Notes: generated by a model from the letters alone, not told the origin. A stretch of 64,000 nucleotides of DNA from Balanoglossus misakiensis (GCA_040954595.2 CM082593.2:2559434-2623433); one strand, 5' to 3'; positions 41,003 through 57,303 are shown, counted from the first letter of the stretch. Translations and numbers: made by a program.

Positions 41003-43036
41003 CGTCGTCGTCTTTTGTGTTCCTGATTTAGCAACGTCGACGCCTGCCAACAACTCGCATCAACACAGGCTGATGGGAGATCTGATGGAAAACTACAACA
41101 AATATCTCCGTCCGGTTTATAACATATCTACAGTGACAGAAGTAACGTATTGGCCGGCTCTAGCCCAAATCCTTGATGTGGTAAGTACAGAACAGCACAG
41201 TACAGTACAGGACAGTACAGTACAGTACAGTGGGGCAATAAGGCACACAATTCATCTGTCGATCTCCACGTCTGTCTCGCTACTTGATATGTAAAATTAA
41301 TAACATTTATCTATTTCACAGGACGAAAAGCATTTCAAGGTTTCTTTGTCGTTATGGTTACGACAGGTAAGACGAGAACCCGTATCATCGGTACAGTGTA
41401 TTAGAACCAATTACAGCTCAATTAGCTGTAACTTTTCGCTGTGTTTTCAGTAACTTTTGATTTGTATTTATACTGCAATTTATTGGTGAAATCCCCAAAG
41501 CATGATGAAATATCTAGTATCCAGCTTATTAACACCCCCTGTATATACAGGAGTGGAAGGACGAGTTCTTGCGATGGAACCCTGCAGACTACGACGGGAT
41601 TAAAGTACTCCGTCTGTCAACGAAATTGTTATGGACGCCCGATATCGTATTATACAACAAGTAAGATTATCTCATCATTGTATCGTTTATACTTTCCAAC
41701 ATTTTGTGGTTTTTGGTCAAAATCTTTTTTCAAGGTCCGTTTATTCTACATTGTATTGCGTTTAAATTTGGTATAAGGTCCCTTATGATAAACCAAATGT
41801 CTGGCTATTGACAAAAAGTTTCACTAAACACAACTTATTCTCTGTGTGGATGGTCTTTCAGTGTCGACGCACACCCTCCCGAACTTTGGACTTCAAACGC
41901 AATCGTCAGTTCAGACGGGAAAGTCCATTTCAATGGTCCAGTCATCCACCAATGCCACTGCGACATGAACCTCGATCATTACCCCTTCGACAATCAAAAA
42001 TGCGATGTGATATTCGGCTCCTGGACTTACGACACCCGCGAGATTGACCTGTACGGTAAGGAAGACGGGGCCGACACCTCGGTGTACCTGGCCAACGGCG
42101 AGTGGATCCTGAACGGCGCCCCCGTGAGGAGGGAAGTGAGGCGGTACAATTGTTGTGGTGACTCGTACGCGAGACTTATCATGACAGTGGACATAACGAG
42201 GAAGCCCTTGTACTTCTTGGTTAATATGCTCGCGCCGAATGTGGTCATCGTTCTGATTACGGTGTGGGGCTTCTTCTTGCCGCCCGCGTCCGGAGAGCGC
42301 GCCACACTCTTCGTCACCACCTTCCTGTCGCTTATCGTCTTCCAGCAAGTTATCTTGAACGTGATTCCGCCGACAGCAGACCACGTGCCGTTCATAAGTA
42401 AGTGCCCCTTTCACCTGAGAAATCAGATGTCTCATCTCCGTTATTTACAAACTCTTTACCTATATGGCAGATGCGATTGCCGAGAAATGTGCAGCCTGGC
42501 TCATGAATGTTTTCTTTGTTTTTAACATTCCAGCTCGATATTTCACGGCCCTCTCCGCTCTCGTCACCTTATCGTGCTGCCTGACAATAGGGGCTGTGCA
42601 CGTGCACTACCGAAGCGCTGTTGTGAAGCCTGTACCTGATTGGCTGTTCAACCTAGCACTGTGCCACCTGGCGCCTATTCTGTGCATGGGCAGCAGCGAG
42701 CGGCGAAGTCCAAGGAACAGCGCCGGGGAAGACAAGGCGCGCCGCTCAGGGGGAGTCACTTTTCTCGGCTTTGCCAACCCGGGCAGCTCCTACCAGGTAT
42801 CCGGGCGCACACCCGCGAAGGCAGAAGAAACACGCGAAACAACGACATCTCCAAATCAAAAACGTCTGGATGACATCATCGAGAAATTAACATATTTGAC
42901 TTCGAGACAAGAGGCAAGACAGAGAAGATCGGAGTCTTTGCGAGAATGGGAGCTTGTTGTCGCTGTTATTGATCGCGTTTTAATGATTTGTATGTTGGTA
43001 ATACTGCTATCAGTAACTGTTATCTTCCTAAGATAG
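40188..43036 (+). CDS. Divergent nicotinic acetylcholine receptor alpha-type subunit (cluster gene 3), ~477 aa
   Basis: Exons 40188-40278 (start could be ATG 40200 or 40218), 41032-41180, 41322-41366, 41551-41660, 41862-42397, 42534-43036 (1434 nt in frame). Motifs: [51 protein letters not shown]2 [31 protein letters not shown]. Confidence 0.92.
40848..41011 (+). repeat. Compound microsatellite (TGTC)n/(TTTG)n/(TTG)~26/(GTC)n before the gene 3 exon 2 acceptor
   Basis: Directly visible; the pure TTG run spans ~40923-41001. Confidence 0.95.
41186..41231 (+). repeat. (CAGTA)n-like pentanucleotide repeat after the gene 3 exon 2 donor
   Basis: acagaacagcacagtacagtacaggacagtacagtacagtacag. Confidence 0.8.
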
Positions 43037-44066
43037 TAGATATTTCCTAGCAAACCTTTGATAATAAAATAATGCATAGTGGTACCGGGAATAAATAGCT
43101 ATATTTAATAGATAAGTACTTGAAATGATGATGTCTACAATAAAGATAATGAGCTCACCTGTTTCCAGTTGTCGTGCAGTCTGCTTTGCCCCCGGGCTTC
43201 ACGACACTTAGTCGATATCCCTCGAGGTCCTTGGGACCAGGCGCTCCATTGATTAGACAGCGACAAATGCAACTACACAAACCGCAACGAATCTACCGAG
43301 GCATGTGATTGTCGGCAAACGTTCTCCCCGTCGACAATCTGTGATGACCCACCTCCAAAGCCAGGTCTTCGATTGCGTTGGACAGAATTTATCTTCATGG
43401 CGCGCAATGAGAATTCTGTCAGGATGACCTGATACTCCACTGAGACATGTTGCGAACAAATTAGGAACGCCATTTCATGTCTACAACAAAAACCAGTGTC
43501 TGGTGTCGCAGCTTCCAGCGTTTTGTTCAGATCTGAAGCATGTGGCATTTCATCCACGTGTGCTCTTACGTAACACCATGCCTTAGTGCGTGAAGAGCAC
43601 GAACTCAACGAGACCCTGAGAGATCTCGCGTGGCTAGACAGTTTTTTGTTGTTGGGGGGGGGGGGGCATTTTAACGTGACACAGGACACCAAGGCTTAGC
43701 ATTACGCCAAGGAGGATCTAGGAAGGTGCCAACCGACCCAAAATTCTCCCGCCCCTCCCCCCTCCATAATAACAGACAGCTCCCTTTCGCCCTCAGAACA
43801 CGCCCACATTACCAGGCAACATTTATTTTCACCTAAATCTATCCTAGGAGGTTATATTACCCTTTCCATCGATGCGATGATCTCCGCCGTGAAACTCCCA
43901 TTAAAATGCTATTAGATGGCAAATACACCTATGAAGAGGAATGCATCACCTTTACGATGATAAATCACTCTTTGACGCTGAGGCACTCTTTAAATATTGA
44001 TACTCTGGAGACTTCATCTATCATACACCTGTGCTTATTTTCACCTTTCGCTTCGGTGATGCTCAT

Positions 44067-44270
44067 TTAACTCTTTGAACGCCATTATCTTTCCTGTCAA
44101 ATGATAGTTCAATTTTTTCTCCTTTTTGTATATTCTTCTCTAGTTTTTTCCTTTATTTCAGACCAAGTGGATATATTTTTTCATTGTCGAGAGTTCTTGA
44201 TCAAAATTCTATTAAAATGTGGAAAACATTGTGAAAAGTGAGAAGTTGAATTTGGCGCTGAAAGGGTTAA
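44067..44270. mobile_element. TTAA-flanked MITE (piggyBac-type non-autonomous element, ~196 bp)
   Basis: ttaa|ctctttgaacgcca ... tggcgctgaaaggg|ttaa. TTAA lies on both sides, the terminal inverted repeat matches at 11/14, and the interior is AT-rich and non-coding. Confidence 0.6.
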
Positions 44271-44779
44271 TGCATTTTTAATCCCATCATGGTGGCGCCC
44301 TTGTGCCAATTTTGCGAACAACTGGGTCACTTCTTCGGCTTTCCCGGTAATTATTAGGCCTACACTTACGCAGGACAGAAAACATGGCGCACCACGCTGG
44401 AATGAATCTCTAAATTAACTTATTGTGTTGAATGTATAATATGAATTCTGATCATACGTATTACCGCGAATACGAGCTTCTTGGGGTTTGTGGCGCGGCG
44501 GTGCACAAATCTGACGGCTTTTTTCAAGAAGGCCCGGGACTAAGGTAAGTAGTTCACGTTATATCTTAATTGAGCTGAGCGGAGAGCTGCTTACAATTGA
44601 CAGTGTTACTCCATAATGTATAAATAAAATCTACAACGTCTCTTGCAGTTCTGCAAAAATCGTCAATATTAAAAATAATCAATCTTTTTTTATTGCTGCA
44701 GTAAAACCAATTCCATGTCGACAGCGACCAAAGCTTGACTGCTTTTTGAAGAGAAACGGGAGGGTCTGAGTTGACGAAG

Positions 44780-47473
<2,694 letters not shown>

Positions 47474-49634
47474 ATTGGATGGTATTTTGTCTTATTAAAT
47501 AAGCACAATTAAGATATGATGAAAAAAACATACATTCTTTCCACGTCATCTGGATAAATGTGGCGGAGGTAATTTTACATGCTAGCTATCAATTAAACAC
47601 TTAGCAATCCTTTACTTGTGATGAGTCAATGTTACTGTATGTTAACTGCCCTTGCGGAAAACAAAAGGTCATAGTCTGTCTACTACTTATCCAAATGTTT
47701 GAGGATGGGGGCGCTGTTCGCTCAGCGTCACAATAGTGCACATTCAAGACATTTAAATTAAGTGATCTAGAACTACCTTAGAAAATAATGTTTCTAATAT
47801 GTTTGTAATGTAAGTCTGACAGAGAGGCAAATACACACCTTCAGACACTGTGCTTGTTGTCAATGGAAACTTTAATACAATAAAATCCATACGTGAATGG
47901 GAGGATTGATAACTCCAGAATTAAGAATTTTTTTTATTAAAAAATACCAAGTGCAAGGAGGGAAAAAAAGAAATCTGAACAAAATCTACCAATTTCTTTG
48001 AATCACAGTACACTAATTCATGTCTACATGATTAAAATCTGCTCTGAACTGAATGATATTCGATATTCACATCTAATACTGTACTTTTCCTAACCTTTGA
48101 CCTGTGACCTTTCACCCTAGGGATCAAAGGTCATGACCCAGTCATTATTACAATTATACATGGCAGTGACTTTACCACAGATAGCCACTAGAATACTACC
48201 TTCAAGTCTACAAAAGAATAGTTCATTTTTTTCTATTTAGTAATTTTTTTCTTTACACAGAAATTAATTGTTGTCTATATTACATGTAAAAGGCACTGAT
48301 GAAAATAGCTTTTGTCCACTCCTTGGGTATATAACATAGAATCAAAGAGACTGGATAAATTGAGGAAAAGTAACAGAGAAACAGCACAATTCTTTGCAAA
48401 TTCATGATTTTTGCTCCCTTCAACTAAACTAGATTTATGGGCCCAGTTGCTTGGTTCACAGCCTAAAATACTTTTTTCAGATGAGTAATTGCATTTTATT
48501 TTTGTTGTTTTGTTTTTTACTAAACTGACGCTGATCAAATATTGCACCACATGTTACAAAATCTCTGATCAACTCCATGTAGTGAAAATCTGCTTTATGG
48601 AGGCTTCATCAATTACTGTGGATCACAGATTACAAAATGATTTGATTACAATTTCATGACCTAGTAGTGAACTTGTTTTTTAAATTTTAATCAACCTGGT
48701 ACATTCATTTATGCAAAGAAACACACCCCTCAAACTGACATTTTTTTCAATAGCTCCCTTTGGTTTCATCAACACAGCTGGACCAACACACTATACAATA
48801 GGGGTGGGGTCTGGATGGTGGCAGTATGCTACACTAATAATATAATTAATTGCTGTAAAATCATCGTCTCATTCACAGCTGAGAGCCTAGCAACATCTGC
48901 CATGTTAAAACTTTTGCTGACTCAACACAAAGACAGGGACCCTGTACGCTGAATTTATAAAATGAAATCTTATATACATTAAATACACACGAGCATTTTC
49001 ATACTTTTTTTATCAGTGTAGGCCAATGTGCATGACAAAACCAGAAGCTCAGGTCTATAACTTTTGTACAAAATATTGAAATTAATTTAAAACAGCAGAC
49101 TGTGTCACCAGGAAGTTCCAAAAGTAACACAGTGGAATGACATTCAGAGGTCAAATAAACAGTGCTTTCTGATTCGTTACTCAAACCACTGAAGACAGCA
49201 ACCAGCGAATCGGAAGCCTTCTTACAGAGAAATGAATGGTTTCACTTACAAACTATGAAAAACTCTGTGTCAGTCTGGTTTTGCCATGCAAGCTACTTAA
49301 AATCACAAGACCACACAATTTAACAGCAAAATAAATGACAACACTCCATAGGAGCAGGCTCTACAATTTTTTTTTTATCTTTCAGCATTTTTGATCCTCC
49401 CCTTATAAACTAACATAAACTTTAGGAGCATAAAATGGTTTCTAAAATTATAAGACTACTGGCCAAAAGGCTAAATTCAAAGTATCATCCGAGATATTGG
49501 CATTTTCCTACACTATACAACCCCTTTGGTGTCTTAAAAAAGTTGCTGACATATAAATACAAATTTGACAACAAATTTAATGTTTTCATATTATCCTAGA
49601 ATTTACAAAGTCTTTGAAAAAAAACAAGGTTGGT

Positions 49635-52600
49635 TTAGCTGGCTTCGAGGACCTCGATTACTTTGGATATCGACTTGCTTCCTTTTGTTCCAGCAGCAGT
49701 CTGCAAGAAAAGAAGAAATGTGAATTTGTCTCTTGACTAGTTCTGATATTATGTCAAATGACATTGAAAAAGCGATTGAATACAATTGTACTGTCACCAT
49801 GCTTAAAATAAAGAGATAAATTTTATGAAATTCTTTAGGTACTTACCGTGAGGTTCATAAAATCCAAGAATTTATTTAACATTTCAACCATGCCAGCGAA
49901 ATCTCCATTAGGTAAAAACTGCTTCACTTTCGTTAAAGTTTGCTGAAAGTCAAACATGAATCAGGCATCACGCCAAGCATGGAAGGGGGGTAAGGGTGGG
50001 GGGTTGCTGCATCAATAACCATTAGTATAAACTGAGGTTTCTTTCTTTCTATGGATGACATCTCAGACCATGTAACAGCAAGAATTAAGAGGTCTGGAGG
50101 ACTATAATTTTTTTGACACTCTGTCCCTGAGGCATGATATAATACTTTAATCAAAAGAGATGATGCAAATAACACAGACCAGTCTGTTTGAGAGATGAAG
50201 TACTTTCAAAGGGGTGTGTGTTACTTCATTGCCACTTGGTTGTTTTGAGTTGTACACACTTACCCTGCTATCCTGTATAAGACAACCTACAAGCAATGCT
50301 ACATAAGATGCCACGATACTGTCTTCCATGTGTTTGCCAGCTTTGTGGAGAGCTGAAACAGAAACCAGATCATTTTTTGTTACACTCAGATCACAACTTG
50401 TTCCTGACAGAGGAACATGATCTATCAAGACTATTGGGATCATTTTAATTTTACACACATCACCGACAAACATTAAAGCAGGAATGTAGAATCACCTTTG
50501 GTGATGGATTTCTTGATGTCTTCTTCTGACTCCTGAATGGCTTTTTCGCCCTTTTCCGGAATGACCACCCATTCCAGACCTTCCTCGGATTCTATCCACT
50601 CTCCACTCTTGTCGTTGAGTTGCTCTGGATCGTTAAACACATCATTCTGGGATTCTGCGTCCTTTGCCGCCTTCTGTCTCTGGAGAAACAGCTGATGGGA
50701 GAAGCAGGATTTCCACAAGGTTAGGATTTAGAAACAACAAGGTAGACAAGGTCACATGCAAAAACAATGCCACCATGACAAAGTCGCAAGCACTTTCTGT
50801 TATATTTACCTGTACAAGAGCTTCTATTGATGAAACTTCACCTTCAGTAGAAGTCTCCTCGTCCTCGGATTGGGAATCGTAGGAAAACTGTGTCTTTGTT
50901 GAGACTAGACTTTTACGATTCTTGGCGCTGTGCTCAACCAAATTGATCAGGAGACCAAGACTCTGTTTTTAAAATAACATAAAACACATGTCAAAATAAG
51001 TTCACATTTTTCATAGCCACCAAGGAACACATTTTCATCAGAAATATAACCACCATCTCGACAGAACACAGTAAACTAATCCTGCAATGAGAGTATGTTT
51101 GAAACCTTGACAATTACTCACCAGAACGAGAATATCAAATTTCTGACTTGGAGGGACGTACTGCGGTGCTTGTAACACACAACACAATGCTGTGGATATA
51201 AGACCTTCCTTCTCACCCATCTTAGTGCTTCCCCACTCTGAAACGCAATTAAAGATGTCGATTTTCAAACACATGATCATGATTACCGATATAACTATTT
51301 TCCCTATTTATAACAGCATTCCTGATTTTTCTCCGTTTCACGTCACACAACTCACCATTATCATGGGCCATGTTGAGTAAGACCCTGAGCACAGCCAGCA
51401 TGCAATGGCGCACAGCTGGTCCCGGTTCTCGGCTGTTGCCGGCTTCTTCCGGATCCTTCTCTTCCTCATCCGGATAAATCTGTACAAACTTCTCACAGAT
51501 CCTGAGTACTCTGTGAACAACCACAAACAAAACAATAAATAAACAAACAAACAATAAACAACAGAATGGTTTAATATTTGCTTATTTTCTTCACTTTAAA
51601 AGTAACAGAACTAGACTTGACTCACTTCGTGACACACGACACCAGCGCAAAGTTCTCGAACGTTATCAGATAGCTCTGGTTCTCTGTATTCATGAAGGTA
51701 ACGCTCTCGAGAACTTGAAGACATCTTTCAATTTTCTTCAGAGTGTCAATCATTCCGTCGTTCAAGGTGTCTTTCACTCCAGAGAGGAGATCCATAGATT
51801 TGAATACTGTGGTGCAAACAATAAAAAGAATTCACATATTAGTCCTCAGAAACCAACAAGGAAATTTTCCCAAAAAAGCTACACTACTGATGAAACAAGA
51901 CAAGGAGTTTTTCGTGAAATGTACAACACATGATGCTCACATGGAAGAAAACTGCAAAGGGTGAACATTTCGCGAGTCTGGCACTGATATTTGAGTCTGA
52001 AAACTCTTACTCACAGATAACCTTACCTGAATGTACAATGTGATCAAGACCCCCGACAAGTCTCAGTTCTTCCTTGAACCATTCACCTGCCTTCATTGAA
52101 GTCAGAGACAGCAAGGCCTCCATAGCCAAGTAGTTAGTCTGTGGTCACAAAAAATAATAATAAACTTGCTTTTTAGTGGTTTCAAGCTGGGAGCCTACCA
52201 TACTTATTCATGTAGCAATCACAGTCAGTGCATACAACAACTTCTGAAAAAAAAAACATCACAATGAATTGCAGCATATATCAACTTACACTTATACAGT
52301 TGAGGTCAATACTCTTCACCATACCCCCCGGCAACTTCTTGAAGATGCTGCGGACTTTCTCTTTGGTCCGGTTGTACTCCTTGCTGAGTTTACTCGGTGA
52401 CTCCTTGGGGTCAGCGTCCATCAGCTTGACCAGTAAGCCCAGACTCTTCTTGTCTAAGTCCATGTTGAGGCGATCTTTGCTCAGCATGAAGAGGAGAGCG
52501 GATGTACACAGCGCTAGGCTCTGTGAAATCAAGTGTATTCAACATTAATGGCACTTCTACACCACATAACCAACTTGCTCCTATTAAGCTGCCTGATATA

Positions 52601-52838
52601 AAGGGAATTCGGAGGGCTGACTATTTGCCCGTGTGTTATTTGGTGTATCAAGTGATTTCTGCTGTTATACTTACAGGATTTGAGTTTGCGTCTTGTAACG
52701 CTGAGAAGATTTTGGAAACCATGCCATGTGCTCGGAGATGCATACGGAATGATGAAACTGAACACTTACTCGCCAAACTAACAGCACTGCAACAAGGAAG
52801 ATAAATATATTCAGTCATTCATCATCATCATCATCGCT

Positions 52839-52869
<31 letters not shown>

Positions 52870-52885
52870 CCACCATCATCACCAC

Positions 52886-52929
<44 letters not shown>

Positions 52930-55900
52930 ACATCATCATCATCACCACCATTATCATCATCATCACCATCTTCATCATCACCACCATTATCATCATCATC
53001 ATCATCATCATCATCACCATCATCATCACCACCATTATCATCATCACCATCATGGCTTCTCAACACTAATCTCATTTCTCTCACCTAAGACACCTTGTTG
53101 ACATTGTTTCCGTATCATTCAGACCATCCAACAGATACTCCACATCATCGATGAACTCTTGGCTTTCACCAGACTCTTGGCATTGGTGAGCTTGCTTCAC
53201 ATGCTTCACAACAGTGTACAACTGTGAACAGACAAAAATGTGTTACAGTTTATCCAAGTCAAAATGTGGAAGAAAATTATTCCTGCAGGATCACTAAACC
53301 ATAAGTGAGAAATGAAGTTCTGCCTCACCGGTTTTTCTTGTTTGTCGCATTTCAATGATGTAACAGTGTCCTGGTAAAGCTTGGTTGGATAGGTGACAGC
53401 TCTCACTAAACTGGGTTTGGAAGTGGATGGTTTCGGTTCATCCAAGTCATGCAGGAGATCGTCGTCCAAATGGAGCTCGACCTTCTTTACAGTCTGTCAG
53501 GACAGAAAATGACAAAGAATGAAAACTACATGTACATGTACCTTCATATCACAAAAAAACAATCAACTGCATCATATTCACACCACATCATGTCATTCAG
53601 ACCAAACCTCTTGAAGAGTTCATCTCAAAATGATAAGCTTACCGAATCCTTCTGCCAGGGCCTTGCGTTGTACGTAGCTTTGTACGGATTCTACAGCAAA
53701 GAAGAAAGAATGAACAAGCCCATTAGTTTACTACCAAGGAACATTCTAAAGGAACATGTTATTTTCAAAAAGTACATGTATCCTTGTACTAGTAGCAGAC
53801 CTGCATGGACTTAAATTTTCACCTCATAAACATTTTCATCCCATAAAAATTTTCCCCTCATAAAACACACCAGGATTTTCACACTACACTGTATAGATAA
53901 GAATATCAATTATATTTCAGCACTCAGGGCAGGAATTTTTTTGTGGCTTCAACATCAGACTAGGTGGCTAAAGCATGTTCAGGAAAACAGGAAGTGACCA
54001 CACAACTTGTTTCAGTCTAAAAATAATCCATATCTGTACAAAGGAAACATGTACACGTACTTCAGCGCTTGTTGTAAACAACGCCCAAATCAAAAAACCA
54101 TGTGCATACTATTTTAAAGGTAACAAACACAAACAAATATTCCAATCTCCCCCCTCCACTGTCTGACCTAGATGTTTTGCCAGACGTCTCGCCATCAATT
54201 AAACTGAAATGAGGGCATAATTAGAGGTAGACTCTCTGCTTCTAATTAACACTGGTTGACCTGACGTACCCTAGCCCACATATCGAAAAGCCCCATGCTT
54301 ACAGGAGTAGTGGATACATGCAACTACATTCACAGTGGCGATCGACAAAATTACGGTGTTGAATATAAAAAAATAAAGACTTCCTCATACAATGTATATT
54401 CACGACATGTGGTTTACAAACTTGTACATGTACATGTAATGCTCACACATAACACTGATTTGACTCAGGGGAGTAGGGAAGGTACAGGAAATTGGCTTCC
54501 TAAAACCATGTCAGGGTCAGTTGTCAAGAATGACACAGTGTGTGTTTTTTTCACACCAGTGTCTCCTGTGTTCTGTTCAGTACACAAACGTGTACTCCAG
54601 CCGTGTCAAGGTAAACAGTCACGCAGGCCATGCTAGTTAACATTTTCACTGACAGATGTGACATTCAACAGGATATAAATTTTGGATGGCCAACTGGGTC
54701 AGCTGTGGGCGGACCCAGTTTTAATATTTAATAAATGGCCTCTTACCTTCTTTCCAGGACTGTCTTTGTTGGTAAGTATCGTCTTGGTTACAGGGCTACT
54801 GCTACGAGCCGATGACGTTGAGGGCAGATCCGACTTCCCAGTGAGCAGTCTCGCCGATTTGACCTTCCGCGTGAGTGGGTCACTGACTGTAAAAGTCATA
54901 CCTTCGTCGATGTCGCCGATCTTCCGGTCAGAGTCTTCAAACGCAAAAGCGTCGTAAGTCAGCGACTGGGACGACTGTGATGATACGATCTCACTCCCCG
55001 TACTCGTCTGCGACAGCGTTGCCATTTTCGCTCCTACACTTCCTGAGGGTTTGGTCAAGAGATTCTGTCTACTATAGGTCCGCACCACTTTAATGCCCTT
55101 GGAAGAACCTAGAAAGTCGTCGTCGTCAAATTCATCGTCGAAATCATAGTCATCGTTCCCTGAGCGATCATCGTTTCTTTCCAGAACTTTTGTCGATGAA
55201 ATGACTGGCGCCGAACTTGTCCTGATCATTCCTGCTTTGTGGTTCGAGGCTGCCGGCGCAAATTTGCTATTGGAAGCAGGCTTACTTACGAGCTTACCAG
55301 AGTACGACTTGGCAGGCTGCCGCACTGCAAGTTCATTATTGTTCGTCTGTTTAGCACAAGTGTTCGTAACTCTGTGACTACTTTTCAGACTACTGGAAAC
55401 ACTAGTCCTTGGATCCCTCGAAAGTTCTGATTTCTTACCGGACAATCTCTGTGCATACGCATGTTCTTCTTCCATTTTATTTGGCAGTGGTTTTTGCGCG
55501 TATGCGTGCTCTTCCTCCATTTGGCTCATGAAAACCCTGGATTTGTCCTTGGGTGGCGATTTCTGCGCATACGCATGTTCTTCCTGCGTCCTTATCCCGT
55601 CTACTTTCCCAGGAATTGTTTTAATTGTGTACCTATCCATGGTCATTTGCCGTTTCTCTCCAGGTTTGATGAGAGTCACTTGAGAAGTAGGCACAGATGT
55701 TGGTTTGGTTGTTTTCACTGCCGGCCTGGAGGGGTTCCCGGGACGATCGCCCGCTCTAGATTTCGTCGTTTTCTCGTCCACTTTCATAGGTTTTGCCATT
55801 TTCGCATCTACTTTCACGAGTTTCACAGTTTTCAAGTCTACTTTCATGATTTTCGCAGTTTTCTCATCCACTTTCACGAGTTTCACAGTTTTCTCAGCCA

Positions 55901-56525
55901 CTTTCACAGGTTTTGTAGTTTCTGTCAACTTAGGAGCGACCTTTGACCTCGTGTCAATAGATTTCCCTGGCAGTTTCGGAGTTGCGTCGACTTTATTCGA
56001 GGCCCCACCTTGTTTGGATTTGGTCGAGGCATCTTTAGTCAACGTTTTCAAACTGGAAGTGACAGACCTTCTTTCACTGTTCTCCACATCCTCTTTCGTC
56101 TGTTTCGTACTTCCCGCACCGCCGGCCTTGCTTCCCGCAGCAGCAGTTTTCTTTCGCGGGCTCTCCATCATCTGGTTGGTTTTCGTCGGCGGTGTCTGCA
56201 ACGCTCTCTTCCGCGGCGACCCCTTGTCGTCGTCGCTGTCGAAACTGAACGGGTCGCCCGAGGCCTCGTCGCTGTTGCGGCGCCTCTTCCGGGGCGGCTC
56301 CTGGGGCGGGGCTTCGGGCTCCTTCGCCTGCATGGCACTCTTCCTGGTCACCCTGCTGCTGGTGTACGACACATTGCCCCACCCCCGGTGCGTGGTGGCG
56401 GTCTTGGAGGGCATGTTGTTGCCCTTCTTGTTGGCCGCGTCGTCGTCGAACAGGTCATCGAACTCTTGTTCGGCGGCCGAGTCTTTTGCTTTCCGGCTGT
56501 AGGTTTTGGTCCCGTACCTCGGCAT
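49635..56525 (-). CDS. WAPL: Wings apart-like cohesin release factor, 15 coding exons, ~1211 aa
   Basis: Exons (minus): 54747-56525, 53643-53690, 53329-53493, 53085-53221, 52675-52786, 52290-52520, 52027-52138, 51626-51806, 51356-51510, 51122-51237, 50810-50962, 50496-50691, 50264-50352, 49847-49942, 49635-49700 (3636 nt in frame). Motifs: N-terminus [12 protein letters not shown] (YSR motif), [15 protein letters not shown]...[54 protein letters not shown]. Confidence 0.96.
52816..53053 (+). repeat. Imperfect (CAT/CAC)n trinucleotide microsatellite filling a WAPL intron
   Basis: About 80 triplets lie between the donor at 53084 and the acceptor at 52787. Confidence 0.95.
55769..55920 (-). repeat. 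Coding 30-bp x5 minisatellite in WAPL (10-aa KV(D/A)xK repeat)
   Basis: [50 protein letters not shown]. At DNA level, ctttcac/tg...ttttc recurs every 30 nt. Confidence 0.85.
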
Positions 56526-57303
56526 CCTGTACGGTTTATCTCTCTCTCTGTCAACCGATGACACTTAACAAACTCTTGACCATACACTGCATAAAGAGGG
56601 AACCTGTTGAGAAAAAAATCACCGATTTTCAGCTGAAATCTACATTTCATCGTAAAATCAGTTTTCACACATCATTTGTCACAAGTAACTGTATTTTGGA
56701 CAACAACTAGGGCGATTTCGTTTAGGGTTCATAAACAATCCTGCTACAGAGCAGTTCAAGGATACTTACTATTGGTGGCGTAAGTCAAGAATCAAACTGG
56801 TAAATGTATTTTCAAAGACAGCAATTCTCGTTATATAAATTGCAATGTATCAGTTAAGAATAACATTCAGCATACATTATATCGCAAGATGACAACGGCG
56901 TGGCGCGGTAGATAAAAGACAGGGTAGATTTTAGTACCAACCACCCTGAAATTGGAAGCCCTCATTTTAATAGTGCGCAGTCCTGTGCGAAAAACAAGAG
57001 CAACCCAAAATCTCATCGTTGTCTGTTGTGATATAATTTCGCTCTTCCGGACATAGGTTTTACATCATGATGTCGTACAATGTTAGGGATACATGATGAT
57101 GAAAAACCAGCAGGTTCAATTCCATTTGGAATTTGGTTCCAACACAATGTGCAATTTCATAACGTGGTGCATTTGGGGTCTGGGTACGGTTCCCTAATAA
57201 AAATCTGCCATGGACATTCAGAGGTTTCGGACACCACAAACACTGTTGTTTCGCGGTGGCACGAAGAATGATCAAAGACATGCCACCGTTGTAGAACACT
57301 TAC

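Noticed and set aside
44441-44544. ATG 44441 exon as the gene 4 coding start
   Set aside because: It ends in phase 2 whereas exon 2 needs phase 1, and it has no signal peptide; treated as UTR/uORF.
48093-48140. tgacctttgacc...aaaggtca hairpin or nuclear-receptor-like motif
   Set aside because: A short motif typical of common dispersed repeats, with no supporting context.
52811-53084. Poly-Met and poly-Asp ORFs
   Set aside because: (CAT)n microsatellite wholly inside a GT-AG WAPL intron.
55461-56710. Plus-strand ORFs of 161-265 aa opposite the large WAPL exon
   Set aside because: Antisense shadows of a Lys/Ser-rich coding exon.
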